A DNA stretch of 64,000 nt, from assembly GCA_963727825.1 (NCBI GenBank), contig CAVSHO010000011.1:1-64000 (forward strand), given 5' to 3'. Source of the stretch: Ignavibacteriota bacterium (GTDB taxonomy: Bacteria > Bacteroidota > Ignavibacteria > UBA10030). This document shows, one piece after another, positions 49,378 through 58,956 of this stretch. The notes beneath the pieces are model-generated. The model did no database searches. It had not been told where the DNA came from and saw nothing but the letters and a program-made list of their open reading frames with translations. The stretch's first letter is position 1, and each line of letters opens with the position of its first letter. The position numbers were made by a program, and so were the translations under genes.

Positions 49378-51273
49378 ATGACACGGATCTTGCTTCAATC
49401 TATGAAACAGAGTTCACCATTAAGCAACCATCTGATGATCACCATCGGTGTCCTTTTTCTTTTATACATCAAGGTGAATGCGATGCCCGGCGTACAATAT
49501 GTATCTCCGTCTCCCGGGTTAACATGTGTCTCCCAGCAGTCGAATATCATTATCCGCTGGGGATGTACATTGGACCGATCACTCGAATTGGATTCTTCTG
49601 TGTTTTCAGTGCGAGGCTCCAAGAGCGGTTCCATTGGCGGCAGAATAGTGTTGTCTGACGACGCAAAGACACTCCTTTTTTTTCCTGAAAAGAATTTTCT
49701 GCCTAGCGAGATAATCTCCGTCTCAGTGAAGAACGGCCTCCACGCAACCTCTGGTGCAGAGCTGGATTCAGTTCACATAAACTTTACCGTGAGTCCCCTT
49801 TCGACGCCTGAAAAGAAAGCACTCGATCAGAAGGCGATTGCATTATACAACCCATCAAGTCAACTTTCAGGGATGAAGAAAGCGTCGGCCGGCGGTAAAG
49901 CTTCAGGGAATATTGGAGCATCTTCAGCTTTAACATTGCCACTTCCGGTGATCAACATATCTACTCAACCTTCACCTGGCGTGATTCTCCTTAGTCCTTG
50001 GTATGGCACTCTTACAGCAACAGGGACAATTGCTGTTTTTTCAGATAATCAGTTTATTCTAGTTATCGATAATACTTGTCAACCAATATTTGACGCCTCA
50101 ACTATATACAGGGCATTTGATTTTAAATTGCAGCCAAATGGAACCTTGTCGTACTTCGACGAATATTTATCTTCGAACATCGTAATGAATCTTAATTTTC
50201 AAATGGTTGATACTTACACATGCGGTAATGGTTACCAAACAGATCCACATGATTTCCTTCTCTTCCCCAACGGCCACGCACTTATTTTGGGCCTCGATCC
50301 TGAACTGATGGATATGAGCTCCATCGTAACGGGCGGTGATTCTAACGCAACTGTGATTGGCTTCGTCATTCAAGAACTCGACCGATTAAAAAACGTGATC
50401 TTCCAATGGAGGAGCATTGATCATTTCAAAGTCACCGACGCTACACACGAGGATCTGACCGCCGTCACAATTGATTATGCACATGCAAATGCACTTACCC
50501 TCGATGCCGATTCAAACATTATAGTATCGACCAGACATATGGATGAAATCACAAAGATCGATCGCATAACGGGGAATATTATCTGGAGATGGGGAGGGAA
50601 AAACAATCAATTTACATTCACAAACGATACAATAGGATTTTCTCATCAACATTGCATTAATTACATCGACAATGGCAATTTTACTCTCTTCGACAACGGC
50701 AATTTCCATACACCCCAATTTTCACGTGCGCTTGAATACAGGCTTGACGAACAGGCAAAAACTGCGGCACTGGTTTGGCAATTCAGACATACTCCGGATG
50801 TCTATGCTAATTCCATGGGTTCCGTTGAACGATTATCGAATGGGAATACATTTATCGGATGGGGAGCAAGTGACTTGGCGGCGACAGAAGTAAGCCCCGA
50901 CGGAAGTACAGTATATGAAATACAATTCCCTGACAATTTCTTCAGCTATCGAGCAATGAAAATTCCCTGGGGCACTGGCACATCGACACCCGTGACGTTG
51001 GAAGTTCCCGCTGCATTTTCACTGGCTCAAAATTATCCAAACCCGTTTAATCCATCCACGAATATTGAGTTCTCGCTTCCGGAAGTCCATTTCGTCACTT
51101 TAAAAATCTACGATATGCTCGGAAAAGAAATCGCTTCACTCATTAACAAGACCATGAATGCCGGAACCTACACTGTACAATGGAATGCCGCTAACGCTAC
51201 TAGCGGTGTCTATTTCTATCGACTCACTGCAGGCACTTATTCGATAACTAGAAAACTTATGTTGCTACGATAG
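49378..51273 (+). CDS. Aryl-sulfate sulfotransferase-like protein with T9SS CTD
   Basis: [27 protein letters not shown]. Confidence 0.85.
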   Translation: MTRILLQSMKQSSPLSNHLMITIGVLFLLYIKVNAMPGVQYVSPSPGLTCVSQQSNIIIRWGCTLDRSLELDSSVFSVRGSKSGSIGGRIVLSDDAKTLLFFPEKNFLPSEIISVSVKNGLHATSGAELDSVHINFTVSPLSTPEKKALDQKAIALYNPSSQLSGMKKASAGGKASGNIGASSALTLPLPVINISTQPSPGVILLSPWYGTLTATGTIAVFSDNQFILVIDNTCQPIFDASTIYRAFDFKLQPNGTLSYFDEYLSSNIVMNLNFQMVDTYTCGNGYQTDPHDFLLFPNGHALILGLDPELMDMSSIVTGGDSNATVIGFVIQELDRLKNVIFQWRSIDHFKVTDATHEDLTAVTIDYAHANALTLDADSNIIVSTRHMDEITKIDRITGNIIWRWGGKNNQFTFTNDTIGFSHQHCINYIDNGNFTLFDNGNFHTPQFSRALEYRLDEQAKTAALVWQFRHTPDVYANSMGSVERLSNGNTFIGWGASDLAATEVSPDGSTVYEIQFPDNFFSYRAMKIPWGTGTSTPVTLEVPAAFSLAQNYPNPFNPSTNIEFSLPEVHFVTLKIYDMLGKEIASLINKTMNAGTYTVQWNAANATSGVYFYRLTAGTYSITRKLMLLR

Positions 51274-51299
51274 TTCCTTACAATTAGATTATTAAATCT

Positions 51300-51326
51300 A
51301 GCTCCGGCTAATCGCTGGGGCTTTTT
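51300..51326 (+). terminator. Putative intrinsic terminator
   Basis: AGCTCCGGC-TAATC-GCTGGGGCT hairpin (with G:U pairs) plus T run between convergent genes. Confidence 0.55.
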
Positions 51327-51401
51327 AAAAGTCATTTACGCTTTAAATGCGGATTCTATGACTAATTACTTAACTTCTCCAATGAAAAAAATATTTGATA
51401 T

Positions 51402-51947
51402 TCATTTTGCAATACCAATAACCCCATACCCAATTCTCGCTCCAGCATTTCCAGTTGGTTGTGTTTTGAAGTCGTCCTCTTTTGCATGAATAATAACAGC
51501 ATGGCCGATAATCGAATATTTGCCATTCAGTTTCATTGCAGAATCGATGTAATCGAGATGCGCAATACCATTTTCATCTGCTTCAAGGTTTCCCATATCG
51601 CCTGCATGACGTTTCTCACTCATCGGACTGCTATGAGGCATTTGCATAGGATTGAAGTGTCCGCCCGCTGAACTGCCGTCTTCAGAACTGATATCGCCAA
51701 ATTCGTGAATGTGAAATCCATGTTTACCTTGTGTTAGTCCCGTAAGATTCGCAATAACATGTATCCCTTTATCGACTTCTTCAAACGTCACCAAGCCGTG
51801 TATAGAATTCCCTTTTGTAGGTGTGATCACAGCAATTGCCCTCTTGACAGTAAACTTCTGATGCACCATACTTTCCATTTGAGCAAACAGAAAATGCGTG
51901 CTTATAAGGAATAATGCCAGGGCAAAAAGAATAATTCTTTTTTTCAT
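51402..51947 (-). CDS. sodC: Periplasmic Cu/Zn superoxide dismutase
   Basis: HGFHIHE, AGGHFNP, HAGDMGN, IIHAKEDD, GNAGAR. Confidence 0.93.
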   Translation of the reverse strand: MKKRIILFALALFLISTHFLFAQMESMVHQKFTVKRAIAVITPTKGNSIHGLVTFEEVDKGIHVIANLTGLTQGKHGFHIHEFGDISSEDGSSAGGHFNPMQMPHSSPMSEKRHAGDMGNLEADENGIAHLDYIDSAMKLNGKYSIIGHAVIIHAKEDDFKTQPTGNAGARIGYGVIGIAK

Positions 51948-52081
51948 ATCTCCTCCTTTTATATAAAAACGAACAACTTACTGTATTTAAACTTAGAACT
52001 TTATTTTCATTTATAACCACTGTTTTGTTAGGAAAGTTTCATCGAGGAACGTTTTGGTTGCAATTGTTTGTTAAAAAGTAA

Positions 52082-52838
52082 ATGAAAAATATGTCTCTCA
52101 GATGCTGTAACTATATCATTCTTCAAATCGGCGCCCTTTTGGGGGTAATATCTATTCCTGCGTTAGCAGGTCCTCCTTTTAGGACTGATGACCCTCAGCC
52201 CGTCGACTATCAGCATTGGGAGTTCTATGTCGCATCAATGCAGCAAATAGATAACGATCAAACTAGCGCCACGCTTCCTCACTTTGAGATCAATTACGGT
52301 GTAGTACCCGATGTTCAGCTTCATCTTGTCGCCCCATTGGGCTATGTGCATGATGCCGACGCCACACATTATGGATATTCCGATACGGAGTTTGGCATTA
52401 AATACAGGTTTGTAGAAGAAACGGAAACTGCCCCTCAAATTGGAATTTTCCCTCTTGTTGAACTTCCAACGGGCGATGAGAATAAACAATTAGGCACGGG
52501 AAAAGTCCAGGCTTATATTCCCATTTGGATTCAAAAGAGCTGGGGAAACTGGACGACGTACGGCGGAGGAGGGTTTTGGTATAATCCCGTACCCGATCAA
52601 AAGAACTGGATTTTTACGGGATGGGAACTGCAGTACCGATTTTTCTAAGCTCGTCACGCTAGGTGGAGAATTGTGCTATCAGACCGCTAATACGCCGAAT
52701 TCTGAATCAAGCAGATCGTTTAATCTCGGTGGATTTATAAATTTCGATGAAGCAAACCATCTCTTATTTTCACTCGGCCATAGTTTATCAGGCAATGCAA
52801 CGATAACGGGTTATTTCGGTTATCAACTCACCATTTAA
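52082..52838 (+). pseudogene. Putative outer-membrane beta-barrel protein, +1 frameshift near 52637
   Basis: AGPPFRTDDP, GIKYRF, ELPTGD; removing one C gives YDFSKLVTLGGE...GYQLTI*. Confidence 0.7.
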
Positions 52839-52911
52839 TGACAGTGATTAATAAATAGTGACAACTTATAACAAAAACAAATTACGATCATATTGAATTC
52901 AATTGAGGGAT

Positions 52912-53165
52912 ATGAAATTATGCCTACATTATTGTAAGATCGTTTATTTTAGGGTGTGCAGAGAAACCCGACAAGGTTCAAAATATTATTATACTCAATC
53001 GTTTTATGGCAAGCATTGCATTCATTTCTGAAGGGTTTCAAAAATTCTTATTTTCTGAATCACTTGGTGTGAGACAAATCATTAAGATAGGAATTTCCGC
53101 TCCTGAACTGATGACTCCCTTTGTTCGTATCGTTGAAGTAGCATGTGGCACAATGATATTTTTTT
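52912..53165 (+). pseudogene. DoxX-like remnant
   Basis: Fragment SEGFQKFLFSESLGVRQIIKIGISAPELMTPFVRIVEVACG without intact start or end. Confidence 0.4.
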
Positions 53166-53398
53166 TATTACTTCACTATCTTTAAGAATACTTGCCCAAA
53201 GTTATCCTTTCTAAAACCAAAGTAAATTATAAAAATTGATCTGTTCATGAAATGAAAAATGAATTTATAGTAATTCCGGATACCACTTTATTTATTTGAA
53301 TCGATATTTCGTCTCGCCCTTATTCCTAAGCAGAAGTTACTCGATGGATCCCCTGTAAAGCTTAAAAGCAGAATACAATATCCGTAATGGAAAACCTG

Positions 53399-54244
53399 TT
53401 ACGGTATAACAATTCGTTTTGAGTCGACCGTATAAGCTGCAAAATATCCTAGTGCATCACCGCTAATATTCGTAGAGGGATTTGCCGGTGCGAGCGAAGT
53501 TGGGCTTTGGTCAGATGAAAGAATATTCGAAAGCGTATGGAAGTAGTCATAGGTCGCTTTATCGATAGACAATAAATCTATCGTAATCGTGTCGCCTTTA
53601 TTTACTTTGTCTCCCCCGCGTATCCTCACAGTCATTTCTTGGCCTTTCGTTAATTCATCGGTGAAGAGTCGATACCTGAGCCCGTCAATCGAATCTGCAG
53701 GAATCAGAGCACTGGATTGAGCGTTAACACGGTAATAATTATAATTGTTCGTCTGCGGAGGATCTTTAAATACTATATAAATATCATACCCAGTGCTGCC
53801 GCCAAAGCCAGTCCTTAGTTTGGTATACAAAGAATCGATAAATACTTTCGTCGGCATAGAAGAAGCTGCATCATATTCTTTGCCTTCTGCCAATACTTTC
53901 ATTTGATAACTCGTGCCGGGAACACCTCGTATCGTGGAAGTAAGGTATGTTCCACTCACCGTCTCCTTCAATGTATCCAGTTGATTCAAATTATCTGCCA
54001 TAACAACAAGCGCGCCGGAAACCGGAGGAAAATATGACGATGATGCAAAATAGTTTCCACTCATGCTGAGAACAACGGAATAGGGCCCGGGACTGTCCTT
54101 CACAACACCCTCGATGACGATATGCGGCGAAGCTTCATTTAAATCAACAGAAATAATCTGCTGACAAGAGAGAAGGCAGCATGCCATTGCTGCAAGAATA
54201 ATGAAAAGTGTTATGCGGTTTATGAACATTGAATGTGTTTTCAT
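53399..54244 (-). CDS. DUF4249-family lipoprotein
   Basis: Lipobox LLSC, IVIEG, FKDP..NYY, TNISGDALGYF; follows a TonB receptor. Confidence 0.85.
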   Translation of the reverse strand: MKTHSMFINRITLFIILAAMACCLLSCQQIISVDLNEASPHIVIEGVVKDSPGPYSVVLSMSGNYFASSSYFPPVSGALVVMADNLNQLDTLKETVSGTYLTSTIRGVPGTSYQMKVLAEGKEYDAASSMPTKVFIDSLYTKLRTGFGGSTGYDIYIVFKDPPQTNNYNYYRVNAQSSALIPADSIDGLRYRLFTDELTKGQEMTVRIRGGDKVNKGDTITIDLLSIDKATYDYFHTLSNILSSDQSPTSLAPANPSTNISGDALGYFAAYTVDSKRIVIP

Positions 54245-54256
54245 TGGACATCAAAA

Positions 54257-56578
54257 TTAGAAAGTAAAATTATATGTGACGGACGGAATGATCGGAAAAA
54301 TTGTTGTCTGCACGGCTTGATTTTGACCGGGATTATTTGAATCCTGCCTGAAAGTTATGGAATAGGCATTCATCCGATCATAAACGTTATAGATAGAAAA
54401 ATTCAAATTGGAATGCAGTCCCAAAATCCATGTAGCTGACAAGTCCAAGCGATGGTATGGGGGCATGCGATAGCCGTTTCTATTTGTATAATATGGAACC
54501 ACTCGTCCATCGACATAGTAGTCTCCATTTGGAAATGTCACTGCATTCCCTGTATTGTACACCCAGGTTGCCGAGAATGTCCACGTGCTGTTATAGTCGT
54601 AAATAAGCACGACAGAAGCATCATGCGTCCTATCCTGCGTTGCCGGGAAAGGCTGCCCGTCATTGATCTGCGCGAAATGTTCCTCCGTCTTGGATAGCGT
54701 GTATCCTATCCACCCGCTGATTGTACCGAACCGCTTCCTCACAAGAAGTTCCGCCCCGTAGCTCCATCCTCTGCCGTAAAGAAGAAGAGATTCAATATTT
54801 GGATTGCGCTGCAAATCCGCGCCATTTTGATAATCAATAACATTCTGCATGTTCTTGTAATAGATTTGGAGTGAAGTTTCAAAAGCGTTGTCGCTAAAAT
54901 TTCTGAAATAGCCAAGTTCTACTTGATCGGCATATTGCGGCGGCACGTTATTGCTGCTGGGGATCCATAGGTCGCTTGGATTCGTCTCTGTTGAATTAGA
55001 AAGGAGATGAAGATATTGCGTTGTCCTCGTATATGATGTTTTGATCGAGCTTGTTTCATCAAGTACGTAGGTCATGGAGAGGCGCGGCTCTAAACTCGTA
55101 TAAGTCTTAACAACTTCGCCAGAGGAATAATCAGCGGTATCGATAGGATTGCCATTACTATCGTATGTATAAATATGTCCGGGGCCCAGTAGGCTGAATG
55201 TAGAAAATCTCAGGCCGTAATTCACCTTGAGATCGGAAAATACATTGAGTTCATGTGAAAAATAGATTCCGTTTTCAAGGGCATATCGATGCTCAAGATC
55301 GATATCAATTAAACCGCTCGGTGTTCCGCCCGTAATTGTACCCGGCACAAATGTGTGGTAAATGGAGTTGATACCGAATTTCAGTGTACTTTGAGAATTC
55401 GTGAAATACTGAAAATCTTCTTTAAAGTTCAGATCTTTTATACCGGAAGTTATTTCAAATTGACTCGTACCGGATGAGATGGAGTTGGTATACTCATAGT
55501 CGCTTACGATAAATGATGTATTTGAGAAAAGGTGATCTCCAAAAATATGATTCCAGCGAAGAGTTCCTGTGGTGTTGCCCCAATTGAACCCGAAAATATT
55601 GGGATAAGCAAAATTATCCCTTCCGAAATAACCGGAAAGAAAAATACGATCTTTGTCCCCAAGTGTATAGTTCGCTTTCACATTAATATCGTAGAAATAC
55701 AGACTCGCCTGATTGATGGTCGTGTCGCGCGATAAATGGAGAAAAAGATCTGCGTATGACCGCCTTGCGGTAATGATAAACGATCCTTGATCCACAACAA
55801 TAGGTCCATCCAGCATAAGTCTGGAATCGAGCAAGCCGATTCCCGCAGATCCTCCGAATTCTTTCTCGTTTCCATCATTGGTCCGGATATCGACAACCGA
55901 CGAAAGTCGCCCTCCGTATTCGGAGGGAATACCGCCCGTTATAACTGATACATTCTTGATGGCATCGGCATTGAATACAGACAGGTATCCCAGAAGGTGG
56001 GAAGGATTGTAAACTGGTGCTTCATCGAGGATGATCAGATTCTGATCAATACCGCCTCCTCGCGCATAAAATCCAGTGCTTCCTTCTCCTGCCGATTTCA
56101 CGCCCGGGAGTAGTTGAATCGTTTTAAGAATATCCTTTTCCCCTAATAACACGGGAATGGATTCTATTTCATCTATTTCAAGTTTTTTAACACTCGTCCC
56201 CGTGGAGGTAACGTTTGCATTAGTTCTCTCACCCGACACGACGACTTCGCCAACTTTGATTGGCTGAGGAAAAAGATTAAAATTTACTATCCGATCACGA
56301 TCGAGCATAATAGTATCGGTTGCGGTTTTGAATCCGAGATACTGAGTCAGCACTGTGTATTTTCCCCTCGGAAGCGTTAGCGAATAAAAACCGTACGCAT
56401 TAGAAGCAACCCCCACACCGGGCAGCTCCTTTACGACAATTGTCGCGCCTATAAGAGCCTCGCCGGTTTCACTGTTCTTGATTGTCCCGCTCATTGTTTG
56501 TTTCGTCTGTGTGAATGCGATATTGCTGAAGAGCTGGAGGAAAAAAAAGATCGAAGTGAGTACAACAGGGGTCTTCAT
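54257..56578 (-). CDS. TonB-dependent receptor
   Basis: TGEALIGA, GEKDILKTIQLLPGV, RGGGIDQNLI, YHRLDLS, terminal YNFTF. Confidence 0.93.
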   Translation of the reverse strand: MKTPVVLTSIFFFLQLFSNIAFTQTKQTMSGTIKNSETGEALIGATIVVKELPGVGVASNAYGFYSLTLPRGKYTVLTQYLGFKTATDTIMLDRDRIVNFNLFPQPIKVGEVVVSGERTNANVTSTGTSVKKLEIDEIESIPVLLGEKDILKTIQLLPGVKSAGEGSTGFYARGGGIDQNLIILDEAPVYNPSHLLGYLSVFNADAIKNVSVITGGIPSEYGGRLSSVVDIRTNDGNEKEFGGSAGIGLLDSRLMLDGPIVVDQGSFIITARRSYADLFLHLSRDTTINQASLYFYDINVKANYTLGDKDRIFLSGYFGRDNFAYPNIFGFNWGNTTGTLRWNHIFGDHLFSNTSFIVSDYEYTNSISSGTSQFEITSGIKDLNFKEDFQYFTNSQSTLKFGINSIYHTFVPGTITGGTPSGLIDIDLEHRYALENGIYFSHELNVFSDLKVNYGLRFSTFSLLGPGHIYTYDSNGNPIDTADYSSGEVVKTYTSLEPRLSMTYVLDETSSIKTSYTRTTQYLHLLSNSTETNPSDLWIPSSNNVPPQYADQVELGYFRNFSDNAFETSLQIYYKNMQNVIDYQNGADLQRNPNIESLLLYGRGWSYGAELLVRKRFGTISGWIGYTLSKTEEHFAQINDGQPFPATQDRTHDASVVLIYDYNSTWTFSATWVYNTGNAVTFPNGDYYVDGRVVPYYTNRNGYRMPPYHRLDLSATWILGLHSNLNFSIYNVYDRMNAYSITFRQDSNNPGQNQAVQTTIFPIIPSVTYNFTF

Positions 56579-56733
56579 ATATTAATCAACGTTTATGGAG
56601 ATATTTAGTTCCCATTGGTAGGAAGACTATTTAATAAAAAGGAATAGAAATAGTTTCTGTTTCAAAACTGTCAATAGATATTCACTCTCAGTTTGTTGCA
56701 GAATAGCACTGTGATCACTATATTAATTTTGTT

Positions 56734-57672
56734 ATGGTACGCTATCTACTCAAGCATATTTGTGGATCATTTCTTTTAGCTTTCATTTCATTTTCTGGCA
56801 CTATTGATTTGTGTCTTTCCCAAAACAATACCATGCCAGCTTCTCTGCAGCAGAATTTTTTTGGGCAGCGTCAAAAACTCCTTCGGGGGCGTCTGCGGAA
56901 TGACATAACTTTGAAAACCGATATCAGTTACACTGACGTTCCGGATCGGTTGCAAACACTCGACATTTATTATCCTGCACCGCATGAGAATCTTGAACCG
57001 ATTCTTATGCATATTCATGGCGGTGGATGGAGTACCGGCGATAAGAGATTGATGAGAAAACATGGGGTATTCTACGCTGGGCAGGGAATCATTTTCATCG
57101 CGATCAATTATCGTTTATCTCCGAAAGTGCAACACCCTGCACACATCCAGGATTGTGCTGCAGCATTTGCATGGGTCTATGCACATGCGGAAGAGATGGG
57201 TGGTGATAGGAATCGCATTTTTGTTTCTGGCCACTCTGCGGGGGCACATTTGGCTGCTTTGTTAGGAACGAATTCAACCTATTTGCAGCAATACAACATT
57301 TCGCCATCAACTATTGCTGGTGTCATCGGTGTGGATGCAGCAAGTTATGATGTACTTGCACCGACAAGTGAAAAACTGAATAAGCGCTTTATTGTTCAGG
57401 CATTTGGTACAGACCATAGAATTCTTAAATCTGCTTCGCCATATTATAATGTGGTCGATCATCAGTCCTATCCGCAATTTCTCCTTCTGAATACCAGCAA
57501 ACGAATGGAAGCGGCGGTTGCTGCCAAGCGATTTGTAGACAAACTGCACAGCGTGCACTGCGCTGCGCAGATAATTGTTGTCGGCGGCCATACCCACGAA
57601 GAAATGAATAGTGCGATGTATGATGAATCAGATAGTGTGAGCCACGAGATACTCAAGTTTATCCTTAAATGA
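56734..57672 (+). CDS. Alpha/beta hydrolase (HSL-like carboxylesterase)
   Basis: HGGGW, NYRLSP, GHSAG. Confidence 0.92.
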   Translation: MVRYLLKHICGSFLLAFISFSGTIDLCLSQNNTMPASLQQNFFGQRQKLLRGRLRNDITLKTDISYTDVPDRLQTLDIYYPAPHENLEPILMHIHGGGWSTGDKRLMRKHGVFYAGQGIIFIAINYRLSPKVQHPAHIQDCAAAFAWVYAHAEEMGGDRNRIFVSGHSAGAHLAALLGTNSTYLQQYNISPSTIAGVIGVDAASYDVLAPTSEKLNKRFIVQAFGTDHRILKSASPYYNVVDHQSYPQFLLLNTSKRMEAAVAAKRFVDKLHSVHCAAQIIVVGGHTHEEMNSAMYDESDSVSHEILKFILK

Positions 57673-57819
57673 AAATGAGTTAGTGGAAAAAAAGACCCTT
57701 GAGTACATGCAAGACCAAAAGCGGCGATGGTAGCCACTTTTATTTACTTGAGACTCGAAGAAATAAAATGTAGTATTCTGGTGGTTAAAGCCGAAGAGTC
57801 AATTGCAGGAGAGAATAAA

Positions 57820-58248
57820 ATGAAAACATCCATCAAAATACTACAATGGCTTCCACGAGTTATCTGCACCCTGGCTATTCTTTTCGTCAGTTTATTTGCA
57901 CTCGATGCATTTACACCCGGACATACTATCTGGCAACAACTTGGAGATTTCTTTATCCATCTCATCCCATCATTTATTTTAATTGCATCTCTCATCATTG
58001 CTTGGAAATGGGAATTCGCTGGTGGTATCATCTTTTTGATAATAGGTATTGGGCTGAGCCCGTTTGTCTTTATGATGAATTATCACAGAACTCATTCCAT
58101 TGGAATTAGCCTTGTCATCATTCTTATGATTACAATTCCATTTGTTGTTGTTGGTATTCTTTTTCTGATAAGTCATTCCTGGAGGAAAAAAGAATCTTCT
58201 AAAATCTCTCAACAAATGTTGGAAAACCAAACTACCATTAAGCAATGA
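57820..58248 (+). CDS. Small 4-TM membrane protein
   Basis: RBS GGAG; WLPR..FALDAF, HLIP, AWKWE. Confidence 0.75.
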   Translation: MKTSIKILQWLPRVICTLAILFVSLFALDAFTPGHTIWQQLGDFFIHLIPSFILIASLIIAWKWEFAGGIIFLIIGIGLSPFVFMMNYHRTHSIGISLVIILMITIPFVVVGILFLISHSWRKKESSKISQQMLENQTTIKQ

Positions 58249-58956
58249 GTTCGTTCTTTATTGGATGAGAAAATAGCCTCGGCCAAGCGCTGACTATTGC
58301 CTGAGATCTACTTTCCAAACTTTATTGTGAAATTGGATAGTAATGGACACTTTGTACTGTAATTCATACACCTAATCATTACACATAGAGTGTATGGATT
58401 TTGTGTTATTGGATAGAAAAAGTAGCACATTTATTTCTAAGGATTCTCTTACAGAAACTTTTATGTGGTATTACATTCTAATCAATAGCTAACTAAAACT
58501 GTTGACAAAATTGCGTAAAAAAAGGAAGAATCGGAGTGCTGGTGACTGGCGATGATGCCAGATTATCCCAAATTATACATTAGCTTGTAGAGTCCCCGCC
58601 TGCGTCGGGCAGGCGATCACCAGATCGGACAATGATGTTAACATTGTTTCATCCAGTCGGTGACTGGATTCTACACCAATTCGGTTATCGTTCACCTTTC
58701 CCATATTCTATCATTTCAATAACATATGCCCCTCTTTTATTTCTAATGAATGGTTTGGGATTATCAACATTCTTGTTGAGGGACTCATTACATAACGCAC
58801 TTGAAATCCACTCCCCTTGATCAGTATCATAATCTTTGAATAGTTTGGGATATATTAGAATAACTGATTTTTTACCATAGTAATTCTGCAAATACAATTG
58901 ATATTTGTAAGAGAATCAGGATGGTAATAAAACATGCAGATTGAAGGTAGTTTTTG

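Noticed and set aside
188-52838. Alternative genetic code or programmed recoding explaining the broken genes
   Set aside because: Lesions mix TAA, TGA and indels without shared slippery motifs, and most genes end normally at these codons
58685-58897. 70-aa ORF downstream of the usher-like gene
   Set aside because: No convincing start or family motif; possibly a gene remnant
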